Origin: the human T2T-CHM13v2.0 reference genome, Homo sapiens
Direction: 5' to 3' (one strand)
Length of the DNA: 64,000 bases
Assembly: GCF_009914755.1 (NCBI RefSeq)
Contig: NC_060925.1
Position 1 is the first letter of the stretch. Each line of letters starts with the position of its first letter. Shown one piece after another: positions 27,359-39,591 of this stretch. Position numbers and translations under genes: made by a program. The notes under the pieces were generated by a model. The model saw nothing but the letters and a program-made list of their open reading frames with translations. It had not been told where the DNA came from and did not search any database.

Positions 27359-27706
27359 CTTTCCCAGACCAAAAGTCATTGGCCAGGGTTCCTTTGTCGT
27401 CAGTTACAATCAGCTCTGTAAAATCCATGTCATCCCTGGCAAAGTCCCGCTGGATGCCACACCAGTACCAGCCCGTGTCCTCTTTGGTCAGGCAGGACAT
27501 AGTGACAATGAGCTGGTTCCCTGTGTCCCTCAGGGCCACATGATTGGTGCTGTTAGGGGAGAAGGCGATGATGTTGCAGTAGTCACGGAAATAGCCTCGG
27601 CACCAGTATTTGGGGTGATTCTTGTAGTGGGCATTGTAGTTGCAGATGGCAGAAGCCGTGTCCAGCACAAAGCTTCTCTTGACCTTTTCATCCATGACCA
27701 TGGCAT
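27359..27706 (-). CDS. TMIGD3: TMIGD3 IgV exon, CD300/pIgR-type (DAMVMDEK...ICNY...KYWCRGYFRDYC...DTGWYWCG...FWSGK)
   Basis: V-set Cys/Trp/D-x-G-x-Y-x-C motifs plus the extra WC...C pair; ttttcacag| acceptor, G|gtaagg donor; 348 nt, phase 1-1. Confidence 0.95.
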
Positions 27707-27714
27707 CTGTGAAA

Positions 27715-27750
27715 ACACACACACACACGCACACGTGCACACACACACAC
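27715..27750. repeat. (CA)n/(TG)n microsatellite abutting the TMIGD3 Ig exon acceptor
   Basis: acacacacacacacgcacacgtgcacacacacacac. Confidence 0.95.
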
Positions 27751-27845
27751 CATTGTTCTCTCAAAACATTGCAGCTCCTGCCCTCCTGAAGGATAATTAA
27801 TTAAAGAATCGGAGGCTGATTTTTGCCTCTTTTTGATTGGCAACT

Positions 27846-28225
27846 ATTATGGGCTGAACTATGTCCCCTTCAAAACTCATATGTTTCAGTCCTAACCTCC
27901 AGTGACCCCAGAATGTGACTGTATTTGGATATAAGGCCTTTAAAGAGATAATTAAGTTAACATAGGGTCATTGGGGTAGTCCTTAATTCAATTCAGCTGA
28001 TGTCCTTATAAAAAGGAGAGATTAAGACACTGACAATACAAACAGAGGAATGGCCCATGAGGACACAGCCAGAAGGCAATCATCTGCAAACCGAGAGATG
28101 GCCTCAGAATGAAACCAAACTTGCCAAATGCCTCGATCTTGAACTTACCACCTTCATAACATAAGGAAATAAATTTCCATTGTTTCAGCCGCCCAGACTG
28201 TGGTTTTGTTGCTGTTGTTGTTATC
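27846..28225 (+). mobile_element. MaLR LTR (MLT1A-C-like)
   Basis: tatgggctgaactatgtcccc start, cagaatgtgactgtatttgga, cagccctagcaaactaata end. Confidence 0.85.
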
Positions 28226-28998
28226 ACAGCCCTAGCAAACTAATAAAGCAACTCTGGAGAAGTCTTTTTCCCTGGCCTAAGGGTGGGTGAAATATGGAGG
28301 CCTCCTACCATTGCTTGACGGAGGGCCTTGAAGAGCCTGAGGCTTACCGTTAGGAGGCCCTCTGTCCCTAGCTCCCACCCTACCTTAGCACCCTCAGAAA
28401 GAAAGTGATGTTTGGAGGCTTCTGCTGGCTGCACAGGGCTGAAAACAGAGGAAGTCATGTTCTGTCTTTAGGGGATAAGAACTTCATGTTCCCTCCGTAC
28501 AAGACCAGCATAGGCACCTCTATCATCTCAGGATATTGCACAATGAGGAAGTCACGCACACCATGTCCAGCTTGACCATGGCAGGGAAAGTGTCTGACCA
28601 AGAAGAGGAGATGAGACAGCAGAGCCCATTCTTCTCTCAGCCTTCCAGAAGTATAGCAAAAACCACTAAAATGCAGGCTCAGGTTCTTTATAACATTTTG
28701 TTTTCGTAACAACCCCACAAGGAAGATAGCATGATCTTCAGTTTATAAGTATGAATGCTGACCCAGAGAAAGGTTCAGCAACTCTAAATGCCACACAACT
28801 GAAGGTCAGACAGAGCTGGGAAAAGGCCAGTGTTCCAAGTCTCATCTTTGGGGTCAAGCACAAGTGGAAAGGGGAAAGTCGTGTCCTCATATATGTGCAC
28901 ATATATTTTTGAGGGGAGAAGGGGGAAGGGGGAACCTGGGTAAACTAAAAGAAAATACAGAGCTCTCGTTTTATTTTATTCCAGTGGAGATGCTGGGG

Positions 28999-29105
28999 AA
29001 AAATATGGAATGCGTAATGAATTTGCATGTCATCCTTGCACAAGGGCCATGCTAATCTACTCTGTATCATTCTAATTTCAGTATATGTGCTGCCAAAGTG
29101 AGTGC
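28999..29105 (-). pseudogene. U6 snRNA processed pseudogene, full length
   Basis: Reverse complement gcactcactttggcagcacatatactgaaattagaatgatacagagtagattagcatggcccttgtgcaaggatgacatgcaaattc...ttccatattttt aligns to U6 end to end with CpG-type decay. Confidence 0.95.
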
Positions 29106-29337
29106 AGAGTCATCATTTTAGTCAAGCTTTTCAATTTCCTCACAAACTCTCTTATCTGAGCTAAGAACAAGAACTAATATGGACAAGACCTATTTTCATC
29201 GCCTTTTATTTTCCCATCCCACTCCTTAGATGGTTCGAGTTAATAAGCAAGGACTCCAAGTAGGTGAGGACTTCAGTGCAAAGTCTCTGGAAAGGCCACA
29301 GCTTAAAGGGCTGGAGCTGTTCCGTCCCCCATCCTAC

Positions 29338-29444
29338 CTGAAATGAGAGCCAAGGAGAGTAGAATGAAGAGCCACATGACTGGAAGGAAGCAAACTTTCA
29401 ACTGGAATGATAGAATGCACCCAGGGAGCCCAGGAATTCTGAAT
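29338..29444 (-). CDS. TMIGD3: TMIGD3 signal-peptide exon (FRIPGLPGCILSFQLKVCFLPV-MWLFILLSLALIS); internal ATG at 29377
   Basis: aaacag| acceptor, CAG|gtagga donor, 107 nt, phase 2-1. In frame with ADORA3 exon 1: 350+107+348+67+101+71=1044 nt, 347 aa. Confidence 0.88.
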
Positions 29445-30569
29445 CTGTTTAAGGGAAACAGATATGCTTGAGCTTAATATGGCTTTATCCTGGTTTGAAG
29501 AGACCAGTGAAAAGGGAAACAACCAGTTAGTCCAAGCAGTGCTGCCATGTATAGATACACTGCACAATGCACCATACCACATGCTCTTCATAGACATAAA
29601 CTTACTGACGGGGCAACCAAGAAAATTCTGGGCAGTAGAGATCTCCCTCCTGCGTAAATGGGCTCTGGCCCACACTCAGAAAAGCACATGCACACAGCCA
29701 TCACTGGTACACATTTGTATGTGCTCTACTGTGCCCTGTCCTGCTGCCAATGGTCCTGGCATCATCAGAGGCCACTCCTTTTGTCTGTCTACCAATCTTG
29801 GAGGCCCAATTTCTTATACAGTTGAGAGGAATCCTAGTAATCAGATTTCTAACTAACCCAGCTCCCAAGTGGACACTGCAGGCTCATCTGGGGAGTACGG
29901 CCACGGGTGGCGCATGCCAGCTGTCAGTAGCCTGCGTGCCTGGGACCTGGAACACGTGAGCAGGTGGAAGTGTGGGTGGCCGCAGTTTGGGCTGCGGTCT
30001 TCAGACTTCCTGAAAGCTTTCCTGAGAAGAGCTGGGACAAAGTAAGGAGATTCATCTATGCAGCAGCAGCTTCTCCTGATTCTAATGGGACTCATGTGCT
30101 CTGACCACTGGCTTTAAAAGTTGGAATTATTGAATCACCTCTCAGGTGAAGTTAAGCTGGGTGCTACTTATCACATCCCAGAGCCAGCACATCCCATCAA
30201 GGGTCACACATAGATTGTCCAGGTTATGCAATAATGTCCTCTCTGGAGGAAGGGGAGCCTGTCTCTAATTCATGTGAAGTCAGCATGTGGGAAAGCAGCA
30301 AGCCTTCATGATGGTAGGTTTTTATCTACATCACCTCAGTTGCTCCTCATCAAAAACCTCTATGAGTTTCACAAACAAATTACATGAATAAAAAAGGAAG
30401 CAAGGAAAGGAGAATCTATGAATCAAAAGGGACTTAAGAGACATATGACAAATTATAATATGTGGAACTTATTTGGATCCTGATTGAAGCAAACAATTTA
30501 GAATATATGGACAGTGATACTATTAGGATATAATTCTTCAATTTATTTTTTGAGATGTGATAATGGCAT

Positions 30570-31040
30570 TGCCATAGCCAACCTTCACGATGGCTCCTGG
30601 AATTCATGCCCTTATGTAGTCCCCTCCCACACTGAATCAGGACTGGCCTGTGTGATCAATAAAATATGGCAGAAGTGATGACATGTGATTTCAGAGGCTA
30701 GGTCATAAAAGGCGTGCAACTTCCACCCTAGTCTCTCATGCTGCTCCCTCTTGGGAAAGTCAGCCACCAAGCTCTTGAGTAGGCTACAGAGGGGCCCATA
30801 TGGAAAAACCAATTCACCAGACATGTGACAGTCATCTCAGAAGTGGATCCTCCAGCCACTGTCAAGCCTTCAGAGAACTGCAGACCTAGCACCCTCATGA
30901 GACACCATGCATTAACCACCCAACCAAAATGCCCCCTGAATTTCTGCCCCTTAGAAACCATAAGAGATGATAAAGGATTGCTATTTCAAGCCTCTAAGTT
31001 TCGGGTGTAATTTGTTGCACAGCAATGAATAATTAATGCA
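30570..31040 (+). mobile_element. MaLR LTR (MLT1F-like)
   Basis: ccctcccacactgaatcagg, ggcagaagtgatgacatgtgatttcagaggctaggtcataaaaggc, ttgcacagcaatgaataattaatgca. Confidence 0.8.
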
Positions 31041-31215
31041 AATATTGTTGTTATATTTTTAAGAGGCAGTCCTTATCTCTGACAATACTTCATGCAAAAC
31101 AAACACACTCAGCATTGCTCAGAGATGGCAACATGAAACCAAAGAAAGCAGCAAAAAGAGAAATGGATTGTGCACAGATATCAGCAAAATGCCCAAGACA
31201 TGAAAAAGTGTCTCT

Positions 31216-31513
31216 AGCCAGGCGCGGTGGCTCACGCCTGTAATCCCAGCACTTTGGGAGGCTGAGGTGGGCGGATGACGAGGTCAGGAGTTCGAGACCA
31301 GCCTGGCCAATATGGTGAAACCCCATCTCTACTATAAATACAAAAATTAGCCAGGCGTGGTGGTGCGTGCCTGTAGTCCCAGCTACTCAGGAGGCTGAGG
31401 CAGGAGAATCGCTTGAACCCGGGAGGCGGAGGTTGCAGTAAGCCGAGATCACGCCACTGTACTTTAGCCGGGGCAACAGAGTGAGATGCTGTCTCAAAAA
31501 AAAAAAAAAAAAA
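31216..31513 (+). mobile_element. Alu (AluS-type)
   Basis: Full dimer; TSD aaaagt(g/a)tctcta. Confidence 0.95.
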
Positions 31514-31856
31514 AGTATCTCTAAAGTAAATGAAAGTGCCAGAGCTACAGAGAATGAATGATGTGTCTACTAGTATTCTGAATATTACTTGGTGTATTAA
31601 TTCCATAGAATTAACTTTCATTCTATTTAGATGTATAAATAGGAAGGTAAATAGGCAATAAGAATAAGCCAAATAATTTTTAAAACATCTTTTAGAAATA
31701 GAAAATGAAAAGTTTGTAGATGAAATAACTTAATATCTAAAATTTCAAGATAGTCAGGCAGGGTAAGTGGATACAGGCACAAACGAAATAAGATTGGCCA
31801 TAATTTGATAACTACCAAACAGGATAATAGATAAATAAGGGGTCGTTCTTCTAGTC

Positions 31857-32285
31857 TGCTATAGTTTGCATATTTGACCCTCCGAACCTCATGCTGAAAT
31901 TTGATCCCCTATGTTGGAGGTGGGGTCTCGTGGGAAGTGTTTAGGTCATGGGGGTGGATCCCTCATGAATGTCTTGGTGCCATCATTGTCATCATGGTAA
32001 TGAGTGAGTTCTCAATCTATTAGTTCCCATGAGAGCTGATTGTTTCAGAGAGTCTGGCACCTCCCCCCACCCTGCTTCCCTTGCGTTCATCATGTGATCT
32101 CTGCCCACTGGCTCCTCTTTGCCTTCCACCATGGGTGGAAGCAGCATGAGGCCCACACCAGAAGCCAAACAGGTCCCAGCACCATGCTTCTTATACAGCC
32201 TGTAGAATTGTGAGCCAAATAAACCTCTTTTCTTCATAAATTACCTGCCCTCAGGTATTCTCTTATAGCAACACAGACTAAGACA
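31857..32285 (+). mobile_element. MaLR LTR (MST-type)
   Basis: tgctatagtttg start, ctcatgctgaaatttgatcccc, gtgagccaaataaacctcttttc, gactaagaca end. Confidence 0.88.
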
Positions 32286-32891
32286 TAGTCACTCTACTTT
32301 TGTATGTATGAAGTTTTCCATAAGAAAAAGTAAAAATCAAAAAACAAAAACAACTTCAACACAGGTATTATTAATCTGATCTTACAAATGAAGAAAATTG
32401 AGGCTCAGAAGCTTAAGTCGCTTGCCCACATTCACACAGCTAGTAGAGCCACTATGATTTGATGGTAAATCTGGGAGGAAAACAAACATTGTGCTGCTTT
32501 CCCAATAGTTATAATACTGTAAAACTGTAGAGCATATTAGAATTTACAAAGGGTCTTTAAAGATATCTGTCATCTGAGTAGTTGGAGCAAGATGCAGCCC
32601 AAGTGTTCTTATTCCCATCATACTCAGCTATAGTAGCTAAGAGCAGAGTTTCTCTAGAAAATGTGCATTTGGTTAAAGAAACTGAATATACAAGTGGACT
32701 ATGGCCACACCATACATGAAAATAGAATCCTGACCTGCAACCTGCAGCAACCTGCTCAGGAAACCAACTGCTAATCAATAAATAGTAAGCCAGCCTGCTG
32801 TAAGTCAGACTTATAGGAAGTCGGATTGCTATCTTAAGCCAGAAAGCCAAACAATGGCCCCTTTAACAATCAACCCAAAATGGCCAGGACT

Positions 32892-34878
32892 CAAAGCAGT
32901 CAGGCAAGAGACATAAATAAAGGGCATCTAAATAGGAAGAGAAGTCAAACTATCCATGTTTCTGGATGACATGATGCTATATCAAGAAAACCCCATAGTC
33001 TCAGCCCAAAAGCTCCTTCAGCTGATAAACAACTTTAGCAAAGTTTCAGAAAACAAAATCAATGTGTAAAAATCACTAGCATTCCTATAAACCAAGAACA
33101 GCCAGGCTGAGAGCCAAATCAGGAATGCAATCCCATTCACAATTGCCACAAAAGAATAAAATACCTAGGAATACAGCTTACCAGGGAGGTGAAAGATCTC
33201 TATAATGAGAATTACAAAACACAGAAGAACATTCCATGCTCATAGATAGGAAGAATCAATATCATTAAAATGGCCATATTGACCAAAGCAATTTACAGAT
33301 TCAATGTGATTCCTATCAAACTACCAATGAAATTGATATGGAATCAAAAAAGAGCCCAAATAGCTAAGGCAATCCTAAGCAAAAAGAACCAAGCTGGAGG
33401 ATATGACATTACTCAACTTCAAACTATGCTACAGGACTATAGTAACCAAAACAGCATGGTACTGGTACAAAAACAGACACATAGACCAATGGAATAGAAT
33501 GGAGAACCCAGAAGTAAAGCTACACACCTACAACCATCTGATCCTTGACAAAACTGACAAAACAAGCAGTGGGGAAAAGACTCCCTATTCAATAAATGGT
33601 GCTAGGATAACTGGCTAGCCATATGCAGAAGATTGAAACTGGACCCCTTCCTTATACCATATACAAAAATCAACTCAGATGGATTAAAGATTTAAATGTA
33701 AAACTCAAAACTATAAAAACCCTGGAAGGCAAACTAGCCAATACCATTCTGGACATAGGAACTGGCAAAGATTTCATGATGAAATGGCCAAAAGCCACCA
33801 CAACAAAAGCAAAAATTGACAAATGGGATCCAATTAAACTGAAGAGCTTCTCTGCACAGCAAAAGATATTATGGGAAAAGTATTTGCGAACTATTCATCT
33901 GACAAAGGTCTAATATCCAGCATCTATAAGGAACTTAAACAAATTTACAAGAAAAAAACAAACAGCCCATTAAAAGGTAGACAAAGGACATGAACACTTT
34001 TCAAAAGAAGACATACATGTGGCCAAACAGCATGTGAAGAAAAGCTCAATATCACTGATCATTAGAGAAATGCAAATCAAAATCAAAATGAGCTACCATC
34101 TCACACCAGTCAGAATGGCTATTATGAGAACGTCAAAAAATAAGAGATACCAGTGAAGCTGCAGAGAAAAGAGAACACTTATACGCTGTTGGTGGGAGTG
34201 TAAATTAGTTCAACTAGTATACTAATTGAACCAATTACTAAATAAAATTAGTTCAATTCATGTATAACTAATTTGTGGAAAGCAGTATGGCAATTCCTCA
34301 AAGAGCTAAAAACAGAACTATCATTCAACCCAGCAATCCCATTACTGGGTATATACCCAAAGAAATATAAATTGTTCTATCATAATGACACATACATGTG
34401 TATGTTCACAATAGCAAAGACATGGAATCAACCTAAATGCCCATCAATGGCAGACTGGATTTTTAAAAAGTGGTACATATACACGATGGACTACTATGTG
34501 ACCATGAAAAAGAACAAGATCATGTCCTTTGCAGGAACATAGATGGAGCTGGAGGCCATTATCCTTAGTAAACTAATGCAGTAACAAAAAAACAAATATT
34601 GCATGTCCTCCCTTATAAGTGAGAGCTAAATAATGATAAAACATGGAGAAAAAGAGGGAAACAACAGACACAGGGGCTTACTTGAGGATGGAGTGTGGGA
34701 GAAGGTAGAGGAGCAGAAAAAAATAATTGTTGGGTACTAGGCTTAGAACCAGGGTGATGAAATAATCTATACAACAAACCTATGAAGTTACCTATATGGC
34801 AAACCTGCACAGGTATCCCTGAACCTAAAATAAAAGTTTAAAACATAAAAAATTAAAATTTTTAAAAAGAGACATTAA
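32892..34878 (+). mobile_element. 5'-truncated primate L1 (L1PA/L1PB-type), ~2 kb
   Basis: ORF2 remnants ([43 protein letters not shown]), 3'UTR, A-rich tail, 15-bp TSD aaaat(g/a)gccaggact at 32877-32891 and 34879-34893. Confidence 0.95.
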
Positions 34879-35078
34879 AAAATAGCCAGGACTTGATTAA
34901 TAACTGAAAACTCTCCTAATTTTTGTCTCCAGTTTCAACTTAGGATCAACCAAGAAAGCCAAATGTGTGCCCCCAGTTAATCAAATAGGCTGCCCCACTT
35001 CTAGTTACCCTGCCTACAGCTTCCCCAAGCCAACAGCCTCCAATCAAGGCACACCTAAAGCCTTTCCCTTTTTTCACT

Positions 35079-35423
35079 GATGAAAAAAATTAATCGGACG
35101 GCCATTAGTCGAAGATGGCTCTGGTGCCTTGGATTCCTACATAAAGCAAACTGAAACCCAACTCAGTGCAAACAGTAAAACAAAACTTAAGCTTAACCTA
35201 TCAGAAACCACCAAACTAACCTCAAACTAGGGATTTTCCACTTTAACCAATAAAATATATTTTCTTTGTCTTACTTTCACAAATACCTCATGAAAGTTTC
35301 CTCTCTCACCTCCTTTGGTGGAGCACTGAACCACTTGTAGTCTGGTGCTGCCCAATTCATGAATCATTGAATGCTCAAATAAACTCATTAAAATTTTAAT
35401 GTGCTTAAGTTCGTGTTTTTATG
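35079..35423 (+). mobile_element. Second ERV1-type LTR nested in the first
   Basis: tgatgaaaa start, ccattagtcgaagatggct, taaccaat box, gctcaaataaactc poly(A) region. Confidence 0.5.
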
Positions 35424-35743
35424 CTACTATAAATGTTTCCCACTCTTCTGCCTACCTTTGAGTCTCTGCCAAAATGCAAGTGACTACAGCTGACCTCCTT
35501 GCTATAGCAAGCTCAGAATAAAAAGTCTTTGCTTCTTCTCATTAGATGGGTCTCTACTTTTTTCCCCAGTTGTCTTGATTTTTAAAATAAGGCAAATAAA
35601 CCCAGTTGCTCAACATCCACCCTAGTTCCAGCTTATTCATATGGAGGAAAGGGAGGAAGCAAACCTCAGTTTTGTCTGGGTGGCCTTTTTAATCTTATTC
35701 CTTTAGAATAAAAGCCCGCAGTTATTCTTTACCATTTAGCTGA

Positions 35744-36088
<345 letters not shown>

Positions 36089-36511
36089 TCCTGTAACACT
36101 AATCTCTAAACCTGAAACCAGAGTGGATCTTGTCCCTTCTAACCAAGCTCCTCACCAGTGATTCTTCATTCATCTTTTTTGAGTTTACTTCGAAAGACAT
36201 TTATTTTCACTGTACGGACTCCTGGGCTTATGGAACACCTTAAGTCAGGAGATTCCCGTTAGACAAAGATAAAAAACACAACTCCCAGCAAGCCATCAGT
36301 GGACTTGCTAAGCTGTGGCAATCAGGAAAAGAAAAAAAGAGAGAGAGAGAGACAGAAAGGAGGAGGAGGAAGAGGGAAGAAAAGAAAAAAGTAAAAGCAG
36401 TTCTGAAACTCAGAAGCTAAGGATACCAAATGACTCAGGACAGAACGCTGTTTTGTCTTGAGGGAAGTGGTCCATTTAAATCAAGTTTTAAAAAACAGGG
36501 CAGTGTTAAGT

Positions 36512-36525
36512 GTTTCTATGGCAAC
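36512..36525. promoter_or_regulatory. RFX X-box motif
   Basis: GTTTCTATGGCAAC matches the quasi-palindromic X-box. Confidence 0.5.
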
Positions 36526-37482
36526 GTAGTGTACAACGTAGTGTATCTACGTTAGAAGCTGTTTGTAAATTAAGAAGCATGGTGCGGGGATTACCAGGAG
36601 ACTGAGGGCAGCAGGACCCTTCCTCTCATTTCTCCAATGGGGCAAAAGTTGTTCCAAGGTGAACAGTGTGCCTGAGACACCCAAAGCCCTAGAATAAACC
36701 TAGGGCCTCATCCTGGAAGTGCCTTTTAAATACCACAAATTAGAGGGGAAACACCTAGAATTCTTGATTCCTGGGCTGACAGGAGGAGAAGCAAAGCTCC
36801 TTTGCTGAAATGAAATGTTAACAAGATAAATTTGGTTATCAGGCTCTGGCCTAAAAGTAGGTTCAGGATAAACCTTCAGGACTGGCTAAGAATTAATCTC
36901 ATTTTCAGATACGCTTACCCACTTTGATGTTGTTTAATTGAAATCTCCATCTTGTTGCTCTTGTCTAGCTAAAATATTTTCTTGAAAGTGAGAGTTCACA
37001 GCAGCAAATTTGGATAGATCAAACCAGAGATGACACCTTGAATCTCTAGAGCCACATTCAGTGCTCAGAAGATGTGACTGGCACTCTATCCTGTCTAGTA
37101 TCCTGATTAATTAGAGATCAGCAATAGTAGCTAAGGCAAAAATCTGGAAGTCCTCAAGCGTACAAAGCTGTAGTTTGTGCCTATCTGTTAATTGTACATA
37201 ATATGAGCTTGAAAGTTTGGGCTTTAATGTTACAAGTTCCTCTTTATGTCTGAGAATAGGTGGCAAGAAGCTTGAGTTCTCCTGTAAGGCAGGGTTAAGC
37301 TTAAATTCTGGCTCTATTATTTGTTAATCATGAAACTATGGACAAGTTACTTAACTTCCCTGTGCCTCAGTTTTTTCTTCTGCAAAATGGAGATGATCAT
37401 TATAGTGGTACCTACCTCACAGATTGTCAGGATCAAAGGAGATAATGCATGCAAAGTACTTAGTGTATATAGAGTGCTCAAC

Positions 37483-37832
<350 letters not shown>

Positions 37833-38122
37833 CTATCCATTGTCTCTTTTTGCCCTACCCCCACTACTCCTATGAGAATGAAACACCAGGGGAAATGAAT
37901 AGGATTCTTTCTCTCACAATAGATGAATGGTTCATAAAGCTGACAAATGCTCTGATGAACCCAGGAATAAGGATCAGGGTGTTCTGGGGCTAAGAGTAAG
38001 AAGGTGAGTATGCCAACACATGGCTCCAAGTAGCAAGCAAGCTTAGTGCCAAAGACAGCCAGCTGGGTCTTTAAGCCCCAAGTTACCCCAGCAAAGAGCT
38101 ACACTCCAGTTAGCTATTAGCT

Positions 38123-38128
38123 TTTATT
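38123..38128 (-). terminator. ADORA3: ADORA3 polyadenylation signal (second AATAAA at 38183-38188)
   Basis: Plus-strand TTTATT ~500 nt after the stop. Confidence 0.8.
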
Positions 38129-38630
38129 TACTCAAAAACATCCACAGGTGAATTCAGCAGTTTAAGTCCCCCTTAAACTCAGTTTATTTCTTCTGTTCCC
38201 AACATCTCCTAGGCATCCTCCGAGAGCAGGTTCTCTGCTCAATTCCACAATGGCATGGAAATGAGTCACCACCACACACATGTTCAGCCCAACTAGAGCC
38301 TTTTGTCAGTAAGTCAACTAGGCACCCTTCAGGCTCCATGACTTATTCTTCTATTGGGAAGAAGGAAAACAGACAATAATATCAATAATACGTTGTCCCC
38401 AAGTCAGGCCTCCAAAACACTGAATTAGAGAGAAAGGACAAAGGAAAAATGAAGTGGAGGAAGAGAGTAGTGGAGTGGGGGAGATATAATTGGGGAGCAC
38501 TGGAGATGCTCCCACCTCAGTGGAAGTAATCAAGGATGTAAAAATCCCTTGGCCCAGGCATACAGGCCCTCAAGTGTTTGTTGATGGGGAATCTGAAGGT
38601 CAATGAGACAGAGTCATCTCTGATGGATAA

Positions 38631-39237
38631 CTACTCAGAATTCTTCTCAATGCTTGTGTCCAAAGAATCAGAGGGATGGCAGACCACACAGGCTTTGAGG
38701 ATCAAAAGGTAGGTTTCCTTGAACTTCTTTATTTTATAGGCATAGACGATAGGGTTCATCATGGAGTTGGCATGGGACAGCAGGATGCCCATGTACAGCA
38801 CAAGCTGTGGTACCTCACCATTAAAGTAGATGATGCAGTTGATGAGAGATAAAGGCAGCCATGACAGAGCAAACAAGAAAAGAACCAGAAACAAGGACTT
38901 AGCCGTCTTGAACTCCCGTCCATAAAATGCACCTGTCTCTTTGGAGTTAGATAAGTTCAGACTGAGTTTGTTCCGAATGATGTAAAAGATGTCAAGATAG
39001 ATGGCGCACATGACAACCAGGGGGATGAAAATCCAGGTGAGGAAGCTGAAGTATACCATGTAGTCCATTCTCATGACGGAAACAAATTGGCATGAAAGGA
39101 AGGTGACATTTCTGTGGTACTCTGAGGTCAGTTTCATGTTCCAGCCAAACATGGGGGTCAATCCCACCAGGAATGACACCAGCCAGCAAAGGCCCAGGGC
39201 CAGCCATATTCTTCTGTGAGTGGTGACCCTCTTGTAT
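38631..39237 (-). CDS. ADORA3: Adenosine A3 receptor exon 2 (TM4-TM7, C-tail)
   Basis: [22 protein letters not shown] motifs; cacacag| acceptor; 350+607=957 nt, 318 aa. Confidence 0.98.
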
Positions 39238-39591
39238 CTGTGTGAATGAAGAGAGTCAGTGAGTCCACAGCAGTAATTGCTAAAGGGTAGGGGAGATGGA
39301 GCTGGTAAAGGAGAGAGAGAGAGGTGAGATAAGGCATATACTCTCTTAATTCTCCAATCTTCTGCTAAGAGAGGGCAGCATTGATACCCTATGGTGATTC
39401 CAGCTAAACTCCACTGGATACGAAGACAAGATGAGCAGACAACGATTGGAGAAAAATCCAGGAAACTTCTCTGGGGACTTTTCTAAAGAAGAAAACTCTT
39501 GAATGGATAAGGAGGATGTTGCCTAGAGTCAAGTGCTTACGTGCTCCACTCAGGGCTCCACTTACTGAGAGCTATACAACTGTTACCTATC

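Larger units (their letters stand above)
32650..35570 (+). mobile_element. ERV1-class LTR (MER34/MER39-like) split by an L1 and a second LTR
   Basis: Segments ~32650-32891, 34879-35078 and 35424-35570 join across the insertions; ending gctatagcaagctcagaataaaaagtctttgc. Confidence 0.55.

Noticed and set aside
27069-27764. 231-aa ORF as a single-exon protein
   Set aside because: Only 27359-27706 is exon; the CVCV N-terminus is the TG repeat and the C-terminus runs past a strong donor.
33270-34542. L1 ORF2-like ORFs as an active element
   Set aside because: 5'-truncated, frameshifted and internally deleted.
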